Shown here: positions 22,001 through 33,614 of the stretch, in pieces | Layout: every line of letters starts with the position of its first letter | Position numbering within the stretch: position 1 is the first letter of the stretch | From: Epithemia pelagica | Taxonomy: Eukaryota; Protista; Bacillariophyta | NCBI GenBank assembly: GCA_946965045.2 | Contig: OX337235.1 | Coordinates: forward strand, 1,984,001 to 2,048,000 | Reading direction: 5' to 3' | Length of the DNA stretch: 64,000 nt | Notes under the pieces: generated by a model | What the model saw: only the letters and a program-made list of their open reading frames with translations | Database searches by the model: none | What the model was told of the DNA's origin: nothing | Translations under genes and position numbers: made by a program

Positions 22001-25000
22001 TTATTCCCTTTGCAACTCGTCAAAGGCAAATGATGGGAGAAGACGACCCAGCCATCCGTCAAGACCACATTGAGAGCCTAGTGGAGCACTTTATCCACAC
22101 ACACACGGCCTATCACAAAGAAGAAAATCCACGTTTGAAGAAGACTTTAGAACAACAACTACCTTCTCTCCAACAAAAACTGAAGGAAGCACTAACCGCT
22201 CTCCAACTAGACGAGCAAGTACATCACAGCCGTCTCAGCATGGAAACACCAAGTCTGAGCAGTACCCTGCACACGGCATGGGAGTTGGCCACCATCTCTG
22301 ACTATGGTGCCATCATCATCAAGCAGAACAAACAAGGACTCCCTGGTCATGCCATGGATATCACCATCAATCCAAATGACATCACCCCGGACTCCCACGA
22401 CGAACATCTGACTAACCTGCCCAGCAAACCAGCCGCCCATGTCGTGATCACCAAGTTTACGACAACACCGAAACGAAAGAAAAAGAAACCACTTCGTCTG
22501 AACCTTCCTTCTAATCCCAATCGTCATCAATTCTTTCCACCACTGACTTCTACAAGAACACTGATGATAACCGTGAAGCAAGGCGCTCTCACCGGTTTGC
22601 TCGGCACTGGTTTGCTGTATATTGGTCCACATCTGGCTCCCAGAAAGGCACTCCCATACCTCTTTTCCTGTTTTGGAGGCGCTACAGCTGCTTTGCAGAT
22701 TGTTCACTCTTTGTCGCGTTCCCTCCACTCACCCGTGGACTGTCTCACCCACCGGTTGATTGTTACTTGTCTTCCACCCAACTCTGGCATGTCTTTGGTC
22801 CGCTCTGTTGGACGATGGCTGCGATCAGCACTCGGTCTCTGTACCACATCAGAGGGAGAATACCAACCAACCCATGCCATTGCTGTGGCACCAAAACCTC
22901 GCTCCCACCAGGACCGACACCGATCTCACCCAAAGTCCAAACCACGGAAACCAAAACATCGACGAAACCGTAAGAAACACAAACGAGACAGGACAAACAA
23001 GACAACGATTAGACCACTGCAAGGACCACAGCCACTTCCATCACTCATGAGCACCACCACCATACAGGCACATGCTTACACCATGAGCCAAAATCTGGCG
23101 CTCCAAGCTGCAATCAATCACCCACAAAAATTTCAGTCAGAAATGGAAGATAAACAAGCTTTTCTCCTCATTTGGGATTCAGGCGCAAGTGTCTCCATCA
23201 CGAACGACAAGAGCGATTTCATTCCAAACAAAGTGAGGGACGTACCTCCTGACTATCAGGTCCAAGGTTTGGCCGAAGGAGCACAAGTCGAAAGCCAAGG
23301 AGTCGTGGAATGGTACATCAAAGACGTCCATGGACGGCTAAGATGCATCGAACTCCTTGCTCTGTACATACCCGCAGCTGGCTGTCGGCTTCTCAGTACA
23401 AGCAGCCTCTTACAACGATACCAAGGGGAAACCATAAAAATCGAACCACAAGGACTCAAACTCAGCGGTGTGAGAAACGACCCTGCTCGAGGACCAATAA
23501 AAGTCGAAATCGAAGCCGAAAGCAACTTACCGAAAAGGATCTGCTACCACCGACTAGGAGTGAACCGTTCAGTCTCTGCATTCGTTGCCACTGTCACCAC
23601 AGTCGACGAACGAAACATAAACCTCTCAGCACCACAAAAGGTCTGGAGCCAATGGCACATCCGGTTTGGACATGCACCCTTCCGCGTCGTCCAGTTTGTT
23701 CTCCGCTCTGGTGTATTGTCGAATGATGAGTCGTCGCGACGACTCCACACTGCCGTCTGCAAACTGACAACTCCTCCGTTGTGTGCCGCTTGTCTTTATG
23801 GAAAATAAAAGACCAGGCACTCCCCAGGACAGAAAACCGTCAAAATACAAGACAAAGAAGGAGCCCTGAAAAAGAACCACCTTTTTCCCGGTCAACAAGT
23901 TTCAGCAGACCACTTCATCTGCTCGACAAAAGGACGCCTCTACACATCAAAAGGCAAAACCAAAGAAGAAGCAATGCTTAGCGGTGGATGCATTTTCGTA
24001 GACCACGCAAGTGGATACATCGACGTATCCATGCAAACTCACCTTAACACCCACCAAACACTAAAAGCAAAAACAGAATACGAACAACGATGTCAGAACC
24101 AAGGAGTGATCATTCAACAATATCACACAGACAATGGCACCGCCTTCACCTCGAAGAAATACACCGAGCACCTGCAAGCCTTTCAGCAAGTAACAAGCTT
24201 TGCCAGTGTAGGCGCACACCACCACAATGGCGTGGCAGAGCGCAGCATCCAAACCATCATGTCCATGGCAAGGACCATGATGTTACACGCCGCCACCCAT
24301 TGGCCCGAAGTTGCAGACCCAACTCTTTGGCCCATGGCCGTCGACCATGCTGTTTTCATCTACAACCGACTCCCCAAGATTGAAACAGGAATTTCCCCCA
24401 TCGACCTCTTCACCAAGACAAGATGGGAGCAACGCCGCTTCCACGATCTTCATGTCTGGGGTGCACCGGCATATGTTCTGAACAAAACAATACAAGACGG
24501 TAAGAAATTACCAAGATGGAAGCCAAGAAGTCAACGCTGCATGTTTGTTGGATTCTCCCAACAACATGCACTCACCGCTCCACTCGTACTTAACCTCGAC
24601 ACGGGCACAATCTCACCGCAATACCACGTTGTCTTCGACGACTGGTTTGCAACAGTGGCAGCAACCAACGAAAACTCCCACTCACCACATGCAACAGTTG
24701 ACCAAATCTTCGCAAACATGGACAACATTCTGCACTCACCAGGATACGACGATCCATCAGCAGACGACGATTCTCTGAATGACGCGCCCGAAGCCACTGC
24801 CTCCGAACTCACCAAAAACAAGATCTTTGAGGCCATGGAAAACGCGACCCCTCCTGTTCCACTGGAATACGACACCCCTGCCGTCCCACCAACTTCAACC
24901 ACGGCTGCCCCTCCCTTGCCCCACCCAGTCAGTACTCCACGTCCAGTGTCTGCCCCACCCAGTGTTCCGTCGTCGCCTGCCGATGCTCCGTCACGCATGT

Positions 25001-26973
25001 CGACCAATCCTCCTCCCACCACTTTGGCTGCACCGCACAAAATCCCTCCCCTTTCCCTTGAAGATGATTGGACCATGCCCACGGAGCAGAGGGAGAGTAC
25101 ACCAACACAGGCTCCTCCTGCCCCCAAATCACAACCACCTGAACACAAGCCACAGAGGGAGCCAACCAAACAGAGGGAGCCATCCAACCAGAGGGAGCAT
25201 GCCTCTCCAGCCCCTCGTCGATCCGGCCGAAACCGACGTTCACCCAATCGTCTCGTCGAATCCATGGACCCCACACACAAGTCCTACCTTGCCCACGTCG
25301 ATACTCTTGACAACCTACCCTTTCAAGCCACAATTGGACTCTTCAAGGCAACCATCGTAGACCCCGACACTCTGAGCTACGATCAAGCGTTGAAAGATGC
25401 AGACCTTCTTCACTGGCGCAAGGCAGCAAAACAAGAAATTGATGAGCTAACAGAAAAAGAGACATGGATTGAAGAGCCACAGTCGGCTGCCAAAACCAAG
25501 ATTCTACCAGGCACATGGGTTTTCAAACGAAAACGCCACGCCGATGGAACAATCAAGAAGCACAAAGGACGCTACTGCGTGAGAGGCGACCTTCAAGAAC
25601 AGGCACCAGACGCCTATTCACCAGTTGTAAATTGGGCAATCATCCGAATTTGCATGATCTACGCCCTAAGTCAACAATGGGTAATGGTATGCATAGACTT
25701 CAGCAATGCCTTCGTCCAGGCAAAACTCAAGGAACCCATCTGGATCCACATACCACCTGGTTTCAAGTCAACCAGCTCAGAACCCACCTGCCTACGTCTA
25801 CTGAAGAGTCTCTACGGTTTGACCATTGCCCCTAGATTATGGTATGAAAAACTCATTGAAGCTCTTTTGGAAGATGGTTTCAAGAAAAGCGACTATGACG
25901 AATGTTTCTTCATGAAGCCAGACATGCTTCTCTTTATTTGGGTGGATGATTGTGGCATCGTTGCACCCACCATGACTCTTGTGGATGCATTCATTGAACG
26001 ACTGAAAACAAAAGGTTTCGAATTGTCAAAAGACTCCGATTTCGCAGAATACCTGGGAATCGATTTCAAGCGGAACAAGGACGAGATTGTAATGACTCAA
26101 CCCGGCTTAATCAAGCGCATCCTCCAAACCACAAAGATGGAAGACTGCAACGGAAATTGGACCCCTGCAGCGCAGATTGGATTGGGAAGTGATCCCAACG
26201 GACCTCCCATGAAAGACAATTGGAACTATCGGTCAGTGGTTGGTATGTTGTTGTATCTCTCCACCAACACACGGCCAGATATAACGTTTGCCGTGAGCCA
26301 AGTGGCACGTTTTTCCAATGATCCAAAACAATCGCACGCTCAAGCCGTCAAAGCCATCATCCGATATCTCTCACGGACCATCGACAACGGCACCATCTTT
26401 CGCCCAAGCAAAGATTATCGGCTTGATTGTTATGTCGATGCAGACTTCATGGGTCTGCACGGCCGAGAACCAGAAGATGATCCAACAAGCGCCAAGTCCC
26501 GAACTGGGTATATCATCTTCTTCGGGGGAAGTCCTCTGGTTTGGAAATCTCAATTGCAAAGCGAAATTGCAACGAGCACCTTTCACTCCGAATACGTGGC
26601 TCTGTCCCAAGCCATGCGAGTTGTAGTCTGGTTGCAAGAAGTCTTGAACGAGTTAAACAACTCTTGTGTGAGAATCAATCCAAGTGTGCCACAGATTACT
26701 GCAGAAGTCCATGAGGACAACAATAGTGCTTACCTTGTGGCCACCAACCAACGTCTCACCTCTCGATCTCGCTCGCTAAACAACAAGTGGCACTGGTTTT
26801 GGTCCCAGGTGAAAGCCACAAACGCAACCATTGTGTCCTCGAAATCCAATATGGAAGATCGAACGATTACGATTTCCAAAATCGACACCAAGTTGCAACG
26901 GGCCGACATCCTCACGAAAGGTCTGGCTCGAGAAACCTTTGAGACCATCCGAAAACTAAATCAAGGATGGTGA
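19081..26973 (+). CDS. Copia-1 gag-pol polyprotein interrupted by one in-frame TAA (23806-23808)
   Basis: CLICGSFDHWAKDC knuckle, WYWCAHCGRWTGTH, protease IWDSGAS, integrase WHIRFGH..CAAC, FVDHA, YHTDNG, NGVAER, RT CIDFSNAFVQ, LKSLYGL, IWVDD, RNase H YVDADF, SEYVA, EDN, ADILTK. ORFs 19081-23808 and 23974-26973 are in the same frame. Confidence 0.93.
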
Positions 26974-26999
26974 CCTGTGACACCAAGCCCAAGAGGGAG

Positions 27000-27501
27000 A
27001 GTCGCAGTTTATGTTTTTAGCACCAGTCGCGTTTCCAAATTTGTATTTGTGTTTTGAAATATTGAATTTGCACGACTGGCAGTTTGTGTTGCATGACCCA
27101 ATGATATAAGCCTACATGTCGGAATCCGCGCATGCATAACGCGCAGGATGGGCTTTGGCGCCACAGAACGCCGGGCCACTCGCCGTTTGTGTCTACGACA
27201 CTCATGTTTTGCTAACTAACCTATGACACAACAAACAACAAATGAGATAACTATCGTCCATTTGAATCAAGCTGTGCGTTGCAAGATAGCAGATCAATTC
27301 CTGGAAACCAAAGCGAGGAATCAAAATGAGGAACTCAAGATCACTTTGTTTACTCTATAGCTTTAATCATAATATCGATACAGGAGTTTTTGCAACGCAA
27401 AAGACTTCTAGGTTGGTGTGGAGACTTGATCAATCTCCACCCCGACTACGCAGTATTCCCCTAGCTATTAGTATACCCAGTGTATGCTAGTGACTCTGAC
27501 A
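27000..27501 (+). repeat. 3' LTR of Copia-1
   Basis: Direct repeat of 18346-18847, preceded by the PPT. Confidence 0.95.
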
Positions 27502-28726
27502 CAAACTCAGAACAACCACAACGCAAACACCACGAGGCCCATCTTGCTATGGATGTAACAACACCCATGGACCCTTCCAAGTCCAACCGTGTTGTCCATG
27601 CTGTCTCTAACAACCCAAGGGACACTCCTGGCGCTGCAATTGCTGGTGCGCACACTTTCATTCCAAACACAATGCTACCGCGACGAATCCTCCAAACGTA
27701 CAACAATCAACGATACCCACACATCCTTGCCAATGACAATGCACTACAGGACACAAACAAACAATCCAACAAAGGAGGCGGTGCCCAACACAGCCATTGT
27801 CTCCCAAGAAAATGTCCGTCCAACGATGTGCTCACTTGTACTTGGCCGCAGCGGCCCAACGGAACAACAAAGGAGGGGGGGGGGGGGGGGGTACCAAACA
27901 AACCCAAAACAAAATAGAACCCATCCAAATGCATAGATTCAAGAGTGGGTATCACCAAACTTGCTGTAGATCCATGATAAAACGTTCAGGCTGAAAAAAT
28001 AGTGGATTCTCGCTGGTTGCGTGTCGTATCACTCAGTTCCTTACTTCAAAGTCCCAACTTGGTTCTACGCATCCTGAGAGTCACCAGGTACATAGGGGAG
28101 GGGTAATTGATCATGGGAGGTACTTGAAAAGAGACAAAGGGATCCATACCATGTTCAGACAGAGGGTTATCTGTTTGATTGTTGTTGTTTGGGTTTGCAC
28201 CGTAGTGGTACTGAGCGCTTGGAGCGATCGGACTGACCGCACCAGTAATTGCAGCGCCAGGAGTGACTCTTGGGTTGGTAGAGAAAGGATGGACAACACG
28301 GTTGGACTTGGGAGGGTCCATGGGTGTTGTTACATCCACAGCAAGATGGGCCTCGTGGTGTTTGCGTTGTGGTTGTTCTGAGTTTGTGTCAAAGTTGGGA
28401 AATCGCCGATTTCGAGGATCGCGCCTTGGGGGTGAGATAGAGAATACAAATCGTGTATTCTATCGCTAGTCCTCATTACTCACCCCCGCTGGGGGATAGT
28501 GTCGGAATTTGTCACATTACATGAACAGAACACCTGGTACACTAGTTCGATCCGTATCTTTCTGCGTCTAAGACGGACATACGTACAGACATACATTAAT
28601 CGACGATAAACGCGACTCTTTGTGGGTGATGTCAGTCCACAATTACGTAACCTTCCTCCCTCCAAGCCATCGAAGAGAACCTTTTGACAGATTTCAAAAC
28701 TCAATTCGAAAGATTGATCTTGAACA

Positions 28727-29584
28727 ATGTCTCTTCTAAAACAGGTCGTTCTCTCGAGCATTTGCCTTTTCGCAGTAACGGAAGCGTACTCGTTACAAGG
28801 CAAAAGAGCGCTTGTTACTGGGTCTTCAGGAGGAATCGGAAGGAATCTAGCACAGGAACTAGCCTATCAAGGATGTCAAGTTCTGGTTCACTACAACACG
28901 AGAGAAGAAGGTGCCATGGAAACCGCAGATCTCATTGAAGAAAGTGCCGAAAGACCAGGTGCTTGTGCGGGAGTACTCCAGTGTGATTTTCGTGATGTCA
29001 GGGATCTCGAACTTTTTCAACGCGATATTGACGGTATTTGGCCGGACGGATACGATATTTTGATCAACAATGCTGGAATGATCGGCATGATGGCCTTGGA
29101 AGATGATGACGACAACTTGTCGCACTGGTACAATGTCATGGCTACCAATCTTCATGCTCCACGGTGGCTGAGTCAATGGGCGGTTCCCCGTATGCAACGA
29201 CGTCGCGAAGGGGGTGTCATATTGCATGTGTCAAGCATCTACGCGGAAAGTTCCAATGAATACATGGGTGCATATGCCGCGAGTAAAGCTGCGCTGGATA
29301 GTTTGACAAAAACCATGGCCATTGAATACGCCACTCACAATATTCGTGTCAATGCGATTGCCCCTGGTGCAGTCGTCGTGGAGAGGACTGCAGAAGCTCT
29401 GTGTGACCCAAGAAGACAAGAACCCTGGTTGGATCGCATTCTGACAGGTCGACTGGGAACAGGAGTTGATGTGGCCCAAGCGGCGCTGCCTCTCTTGACT
29501 AATGATTGGATCACAGGCACGATTTGGAAAGTCGATGGCGGAATCACGGCTCGGGGCAATTTGCCAGCTCGGGACCGTCCCTAA
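28727..29584 (+). CDS. Classical short-chain dehydrogenase/reductase with signal peptide (copy 1)
   Basis: VTGSSGGIG, INNAG, YAASK, RVNAIAPG; N-terminal signal peptide ending TEA-YSL. Confidence 0.92.
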   Translation: MSLLKQVVLSSICLFAVTEAYSLQGKRALVTGSSGGIGRNLAQELAYQGCQVLVHYNTREEGAMETADLIEESAERPGACAGVLQCDFRDVRDLELFQRDIDGIWPDGYDILINNAGMIGMMALEDDDDNLSHWYNVMATNLHAPRWLSQWAVPRMQRRREGGVILHVSSIYAESSNEYMGAYAASKAALDSLTKTMAIEYATHNIRVNAIAPGAVVVERTAEALCDPRRQEPWLDRILTGRLGTGVDVAQAALPLLTNDWITGTIWKVDGGITARGNLPARDRP

Positions 29585-29873
29585 ACTAATGAAGATGTTG
29601 TTAAGTTTGTCGAATGTCAGTAGTTTGGTTGCTCTTAGGAAACAGAGACAAGCGTGACTATCTGTAAAGGCGTCAAAGCTGCTTTCGGAGTTCGGAGCGG
29701 TGCTCCATTCCCCTCAAGCAACTCCGAGTTGGACTTGGGGGGTAGTATACCTAGGCAATCAAACACCGACGGACGGCAAACGGACCTCTTGCGTGGTGCC
29801 TATTTTGGATTTTGCCATCACAATTCTCATCCATATCACTTGTGGTGCGCAGTGCGCACGTACATGGTAGACG

Positions 29874-30806
29874 ATGGCGATGCTATTGCTTGTGTTGGTG
29901 ACCATCTTAACGAGCCTCTGGTATGCCCTTCCCTCGGAGGCATACTCGCTACAAGGCAAGCGGGCGATTGTGACGGGATCTTCTGGTGGAATCGGTCGCG
30001 GAATGGCTATTGAACTGGCTCGTCAAGGCTGTCAAGTGCTCGTGCACTACAATGAGCGGCTGGAAATGGCCAACGAAACCGCCAACTTCCTAAACCAACT
30101 ATGGGATAACGAAGTTGATGAAGAAACCGGTAGAGCATCTATACCTGCGTGTGCTGGTATTCTGCAGTGCGATTTTCGTTCCTTGTCAAATCTGCAGCGT
30201 TTTCAAAGGGAAATCGACGATATATGGCCAGAGGGGTATGATATCCTTATAAACAATGCTGGGATAATCGGAAAGTTGGCGATGGAGGACGACAATGATA
30301 TGTTGTCGCATTGGAACGAAATCATGGCGGTCAATCTGCATGCTCCTCGTTGGTTAAGCCAGTCGGCTGTTTCACGTATGAAAAGGCGCTCATCGTTTGG
30401 ATCGCAAGGTGGTGGAACCATTCTGCATGTTTCAAGTATCCATGGCGAAAAGTCAAATGAATATATGTCCGCATATGCTGCCAGCAAGGCAGCTTTGGAT
30501 AGTCTTACTCGATCCATGGCAATTGAGTTCTCTTCCAATGGTATTCGTGTGAATGCCATTGCTCCTGGTATTGTGGCAGTCGAACGGACTATAGATGCGC
30601 TATCAGATCCAAAGAACCGAGAACCATGGGAAGAGCGCATTCCCCTCGGTCGGATAGGGTCAGTAGAAGATGTGGCTGAAGCGATGCTTCCACTTTTGAC
30701 TAACGATTGGCTTACGGGCACAATTTGGAAGATTGATGGGGGCATCTCTGCACGCGGCAATGGGCCAACCCGAGCGCGCCCCCTTCGAAGAGGTGGTTTC
30801 TTGTGA
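29874..30806 (+). CDS. Classical short-chain dehydrogenase/reductase with signal peptide (copy 2, tandem paralog)
   Basis: Same motifs as copy 1 and long identical peptide stretches (QGCQVLVHYN, GYDILINNAG, PLLTNDW.TGTIWK.DGGI). Confidence 0.92.
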   Translation: MAMLLLVLVTILTSLWYALPSEAYSLQGKRAIVTGSSGGIGRGMAIELARQGCQVLVHYNERLEMANETANFLNQLWDNEVDEETGRASIPACAGILQCDFRSLSNLQRFQREIDDIWPEGYDILINNAGIIGKLAMEDDNDMLSHWNEIMAVNLHAPRWLSQSAVSRMKRRSSFGSQGGGTILHVSSIHGEKSNEYMSAYAASKAALDSLTRSMAIEFSSNGIRVNAIAPGIVAVERTIDALSDPKNREPWEERIPLGRIGSVEDVAEAMLPLLTNDWLTGTIWKIDGGISARGNGPTRARPLRRGGFL

Positions 30807-31130
30807 TAGTCATGTGAGGAGCTTACAAATGATGATGACAACGTCGTTGGAACGGTTTCCGTCGCCAGTTAAAATATGTGTAGAACCTTGTCTGTTCGCC
30901 GAAGAGCATGATATGCAAACGCTCCTAACCTGTCCTTTGAAAGAAGGGTGCTGATAGACAGCTTGATAAACAATAACCTTCGGTCTTATACTAACCAGTA
31001 CCAGGAGTAAACAAGAGGTTAGATCAATATGCTCTATTATATGAATAGCTTTTATGTACCAAAACGTCTGGATTAACTTTGAACTAACCAGCACTGTGTT
31101 TGTTGGTTGGTCATCGTTATCTAGGAATGT

Positions 31131-32045
31131 TCACTTGGTAGTTTGATTTGCACTGGAGGCGCATATCCAGTCGAGCCAAAGCAATTCAAGCGAACTGCTC
31201 AGTGATGACTCCGGTCGCGGCGCTCCTTCGTTCATGTTGCCACAAAGGACGGTTCCATTTCGACGAGATCGATTTTTTACAAAGGAGGATCGTCTTGTTG
31301 GTCTTGTTCTTTCCTTCACGTCATCTTTTACGTTGTCTTCTTGTTCCCGTTTCAACCTCTCTACCATTGCAACGCACAGCCGGATTTCATCCACTTTCAC
31401 GCCAGCTCTCAAGAGCACCTTTTCACGGCGTAGAGAACGAAGCCGCATCTTCTTCTTCCCCCGGAGTTCTGGTCGCTGGGCCTCGTACTTTTCCAGGCTG
31501 CAGAAGACCTCAGTAGCGAGCTTGTTCCACGTCATGGCAAGTGGAGGGCCTTTCGATACTGATGGACTGTCACCCAATCCCACGGCATGGTAATGGACTG
31601 TAATGGAATCATAGCAAACCTTCTTCGTTCTTGTAGGCGTCGGGTATGCACAAGTCCTCTTTAGACATGACTTGGAAGGGAAAGTCCGAAAGGGAATAGG
31701 CCTCAATGAATGAGCCACTTCCTCATCCTCATCATCTGAAGAGTCTTCGGATTCACTGGAGTCTGTTCGGACAACTTGAGGGATATCATAGAGATATTGC
31801 TTTTGTTGGAAATGTTTCGTCAAGTCGATCTCTGAAGAGCAGTGACTGCTCGTGTCATCCTTGATTTCCTCCACGCTATCCCGTCTCAATATAATCGTGC
31901 TTTCAATGGCGGAATCTTCATCCGAAGAATGGTTGCCTGACATGCCCGAGTCATCTGAGCGGCTGTGTGTAATGACAATATCAAATCCTCCTTCCGTCTC
32001 CACGGCGATTCTTGATGTTTCAGTTACTGCTCCCATGATTGACAA
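31131..32045 (-). CDS. Uncharacterised protein of a diatom-type family
   Basis: 304-aa ATG ORF with KSCLKR, VCYDSITVHYH..LGDSPSVSKGPPLAMTW and YEAQRP..R motifs that I recognise from unannotated diatom proteins. Confidence 0.6.
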   Translation of the reverse strand: MSIMGAVTETSRIAVETEGGFDIVITHSRSDDSGMSGNHSSDEDSAIESTIILRRDSVEEIKDDTSSHCSSEIDLTKHFQQKQYLYDIPQVVRTDSSESEDSSDDEDEEVAHSLRPIPFRTFPSKSCLKRTCAYPTPTRTKKVCYDSITVHYHAVGLGDSPSVSKGPPLAMTWNKLATEVFCSLEKYEAQRPELRGKKKMRLRSLRREKVLLRAGVKVDEIRLCVAMVERLKREQEDNVKDDVKERTRPTRRSSFVKNRSRRNGTVLCGNMNEGAPRPESSLSSSLELLWLDWICASSANQTTK

Positions 32046-32795
32046 CTATTGTATTGTTGTGATGCGCGAATGGAATGAATATGAACGTGATCTGAGATAA
32101 TGAGCTTGATGCAGGTCAAACGATGATTGGTTTGAAATGCAAAATGTGATGGATCTTGAATACCAAACGACTGCTTTCTTGTAACTTCCAATAGCAAAGC
32201 AACAGAAACAGAAGCGGTTCTGATCGATGCTTGTCTTTGATTGCTCTTGAACAGTGATGACAATATTATAAGTCTGTTGTTGCGGAAGTATGAGTAATGG
32301 GGGGAGCTTTGTGATGGTATGGGAGTCTTTGTCGACAACGACCAAAAACCGAGAAATACAAACTTCCGTTCCCCCGCGAAACGCTTTTCGCGCATGGCGT
32401 CCATTTTACTTAGGCAGTATCCGCTGCGAGGTCCCATCATGAATCCCAGAAAGCCTTGTTTTGGTCTTGTTAGTTGCTGGCCGGCGTTACTTTGAACCTA
32501 TCGATGCGGCATGGAGGATCCGGGATGCGCGTGATTACATTTAATAGCTTCATTTACTGCATATCCTAAGCAATAACGTCTTATAAACGCTCAACGATCA
32601 AAGACCCATGTGATTTGAATCCAGAGAAGTTGTCCCTACCACCACTCTCTCTCCAAACACGAACGTGGATTGCGAACTGATATTGGCGAACGGGTCGTCT
32701 GTCGTCCTTTAGGAATCGGGTTACTGCACGAAGGTGCGCGGCTCACCTCGCACCTCACCCATGGGGGACGAAATGGACACGATCCAAATCGATTG

Positions 32796-33567
32796 TTCAG
32801 GCCCTGCGTCCAGGGAATGTGTTTTCGAGGTCTGAAATCGAGTTTCGAGTTTTGAGGTGGGGCTCTGTCCCTACCTTGAAACAACGATCTGGATGTACGT
32901 GTCCAGGTAAAAACTGTATTTTCGAGTTTCGAGTTTTATTTTTCAATACTCGTGCACTCCCATGCTTCCCCCCTACCGGCGCATGAACGAGCACAACGGC
33001 AATTGACAATGACGACAAACAAATATCGCTTGAGTACTCCTAATTCCTAATATCACATTGCATAACGGGAGAAGGTAGAATATTTGTAGAGCCCGTCCAT
33101 GGAGCAGGATGCGGGCTTTGTTCCGTAACCATGTCATCTATGGAGAGATGAGAACTATTTGCTTTTGACCATTGACAGTGGTTGTGACCATTACTTCCAT
33201 GGCAGCGACAGGTTAATAATACTTGCTTATTTCTTGAGAAGCTCCTACTTATATCACATCAATCATTGTGCTTCTATTGTCTATGAAGGACAAGAGAGAT
33301 TGCCTCGTTGTTGTTGTCGGAGAGATCGAAATGAGAGACAGAGAGCCCGGCGGCTGAAAGGTGGAGCGCGTGGGGCTCTTTGCAAACCTCGAAACTCGAA
33401 ACTCGATTTCAGAATCTTGGCAAGGTCGTTGGGGGATTGCCAAGATTTGGGGGATTCGAGGTTGTGTTTTCGAGTTTTCAAGGGGACCATAACCTATTGG
33501 CTCAACCTCGAAACTCGAAACTCGATTTCAGAACTCAAAAACACATTCCCTGGACACAGGCCCTCAA
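32796..33567. repeat. Degenerate foldback/MITE-like element with AAACTCG heptamer repeats
   Basis: About 63-bp imperfect inverted arms (32796-32858 versus 33505-33567) and internal copies near 32915, 33386 and 33465. No TSD found. Confidence 0.6.
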
Positions 33568-33614
33568 CGAACGAGAAACCCAACAGAAGTATTGTATCGA
33601 CACACCATTGATCT

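Larger units (their letters stand above)
18346..27501 (+). mobile_element. Full-length Ty1/Copia LTR retrotransposon (CoDi-like), recent insertion
   Basis: Two 502-bp LTRs (2 differences seen), 5-bp TSD CAAAC (18341-18345, 27502-27506), PBS-like GGTTATTACGCCC at 18848, PPT AAGAGGGAG at 26991-26999, domain order gag-PR-IN-RT-RH. Confidence 0.97.
18244..28498. mobile_element. Non-autonomous AcademH-type TIR element (about 1.09 kb without its Copia insert)
   Basis: Left end TACCCCCAAGCAGGGGTGAGT, right end ACTCACCCCCGCTGGGGGATA; 9-bp TSD GTGTCGGAA at 18235-18243 and 28499-28507. Long imperfect TIR of about 260 bp: the left arm continues at 27507 after the Copia and mirrors 28220-28400. Confidence 0.9.

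Noticed and set aside
29734-29744. CTTGGGGGGTA as a fifth AcademH end
   Set aside because: No adjacent CACCCC box, no partner end and no TSD.
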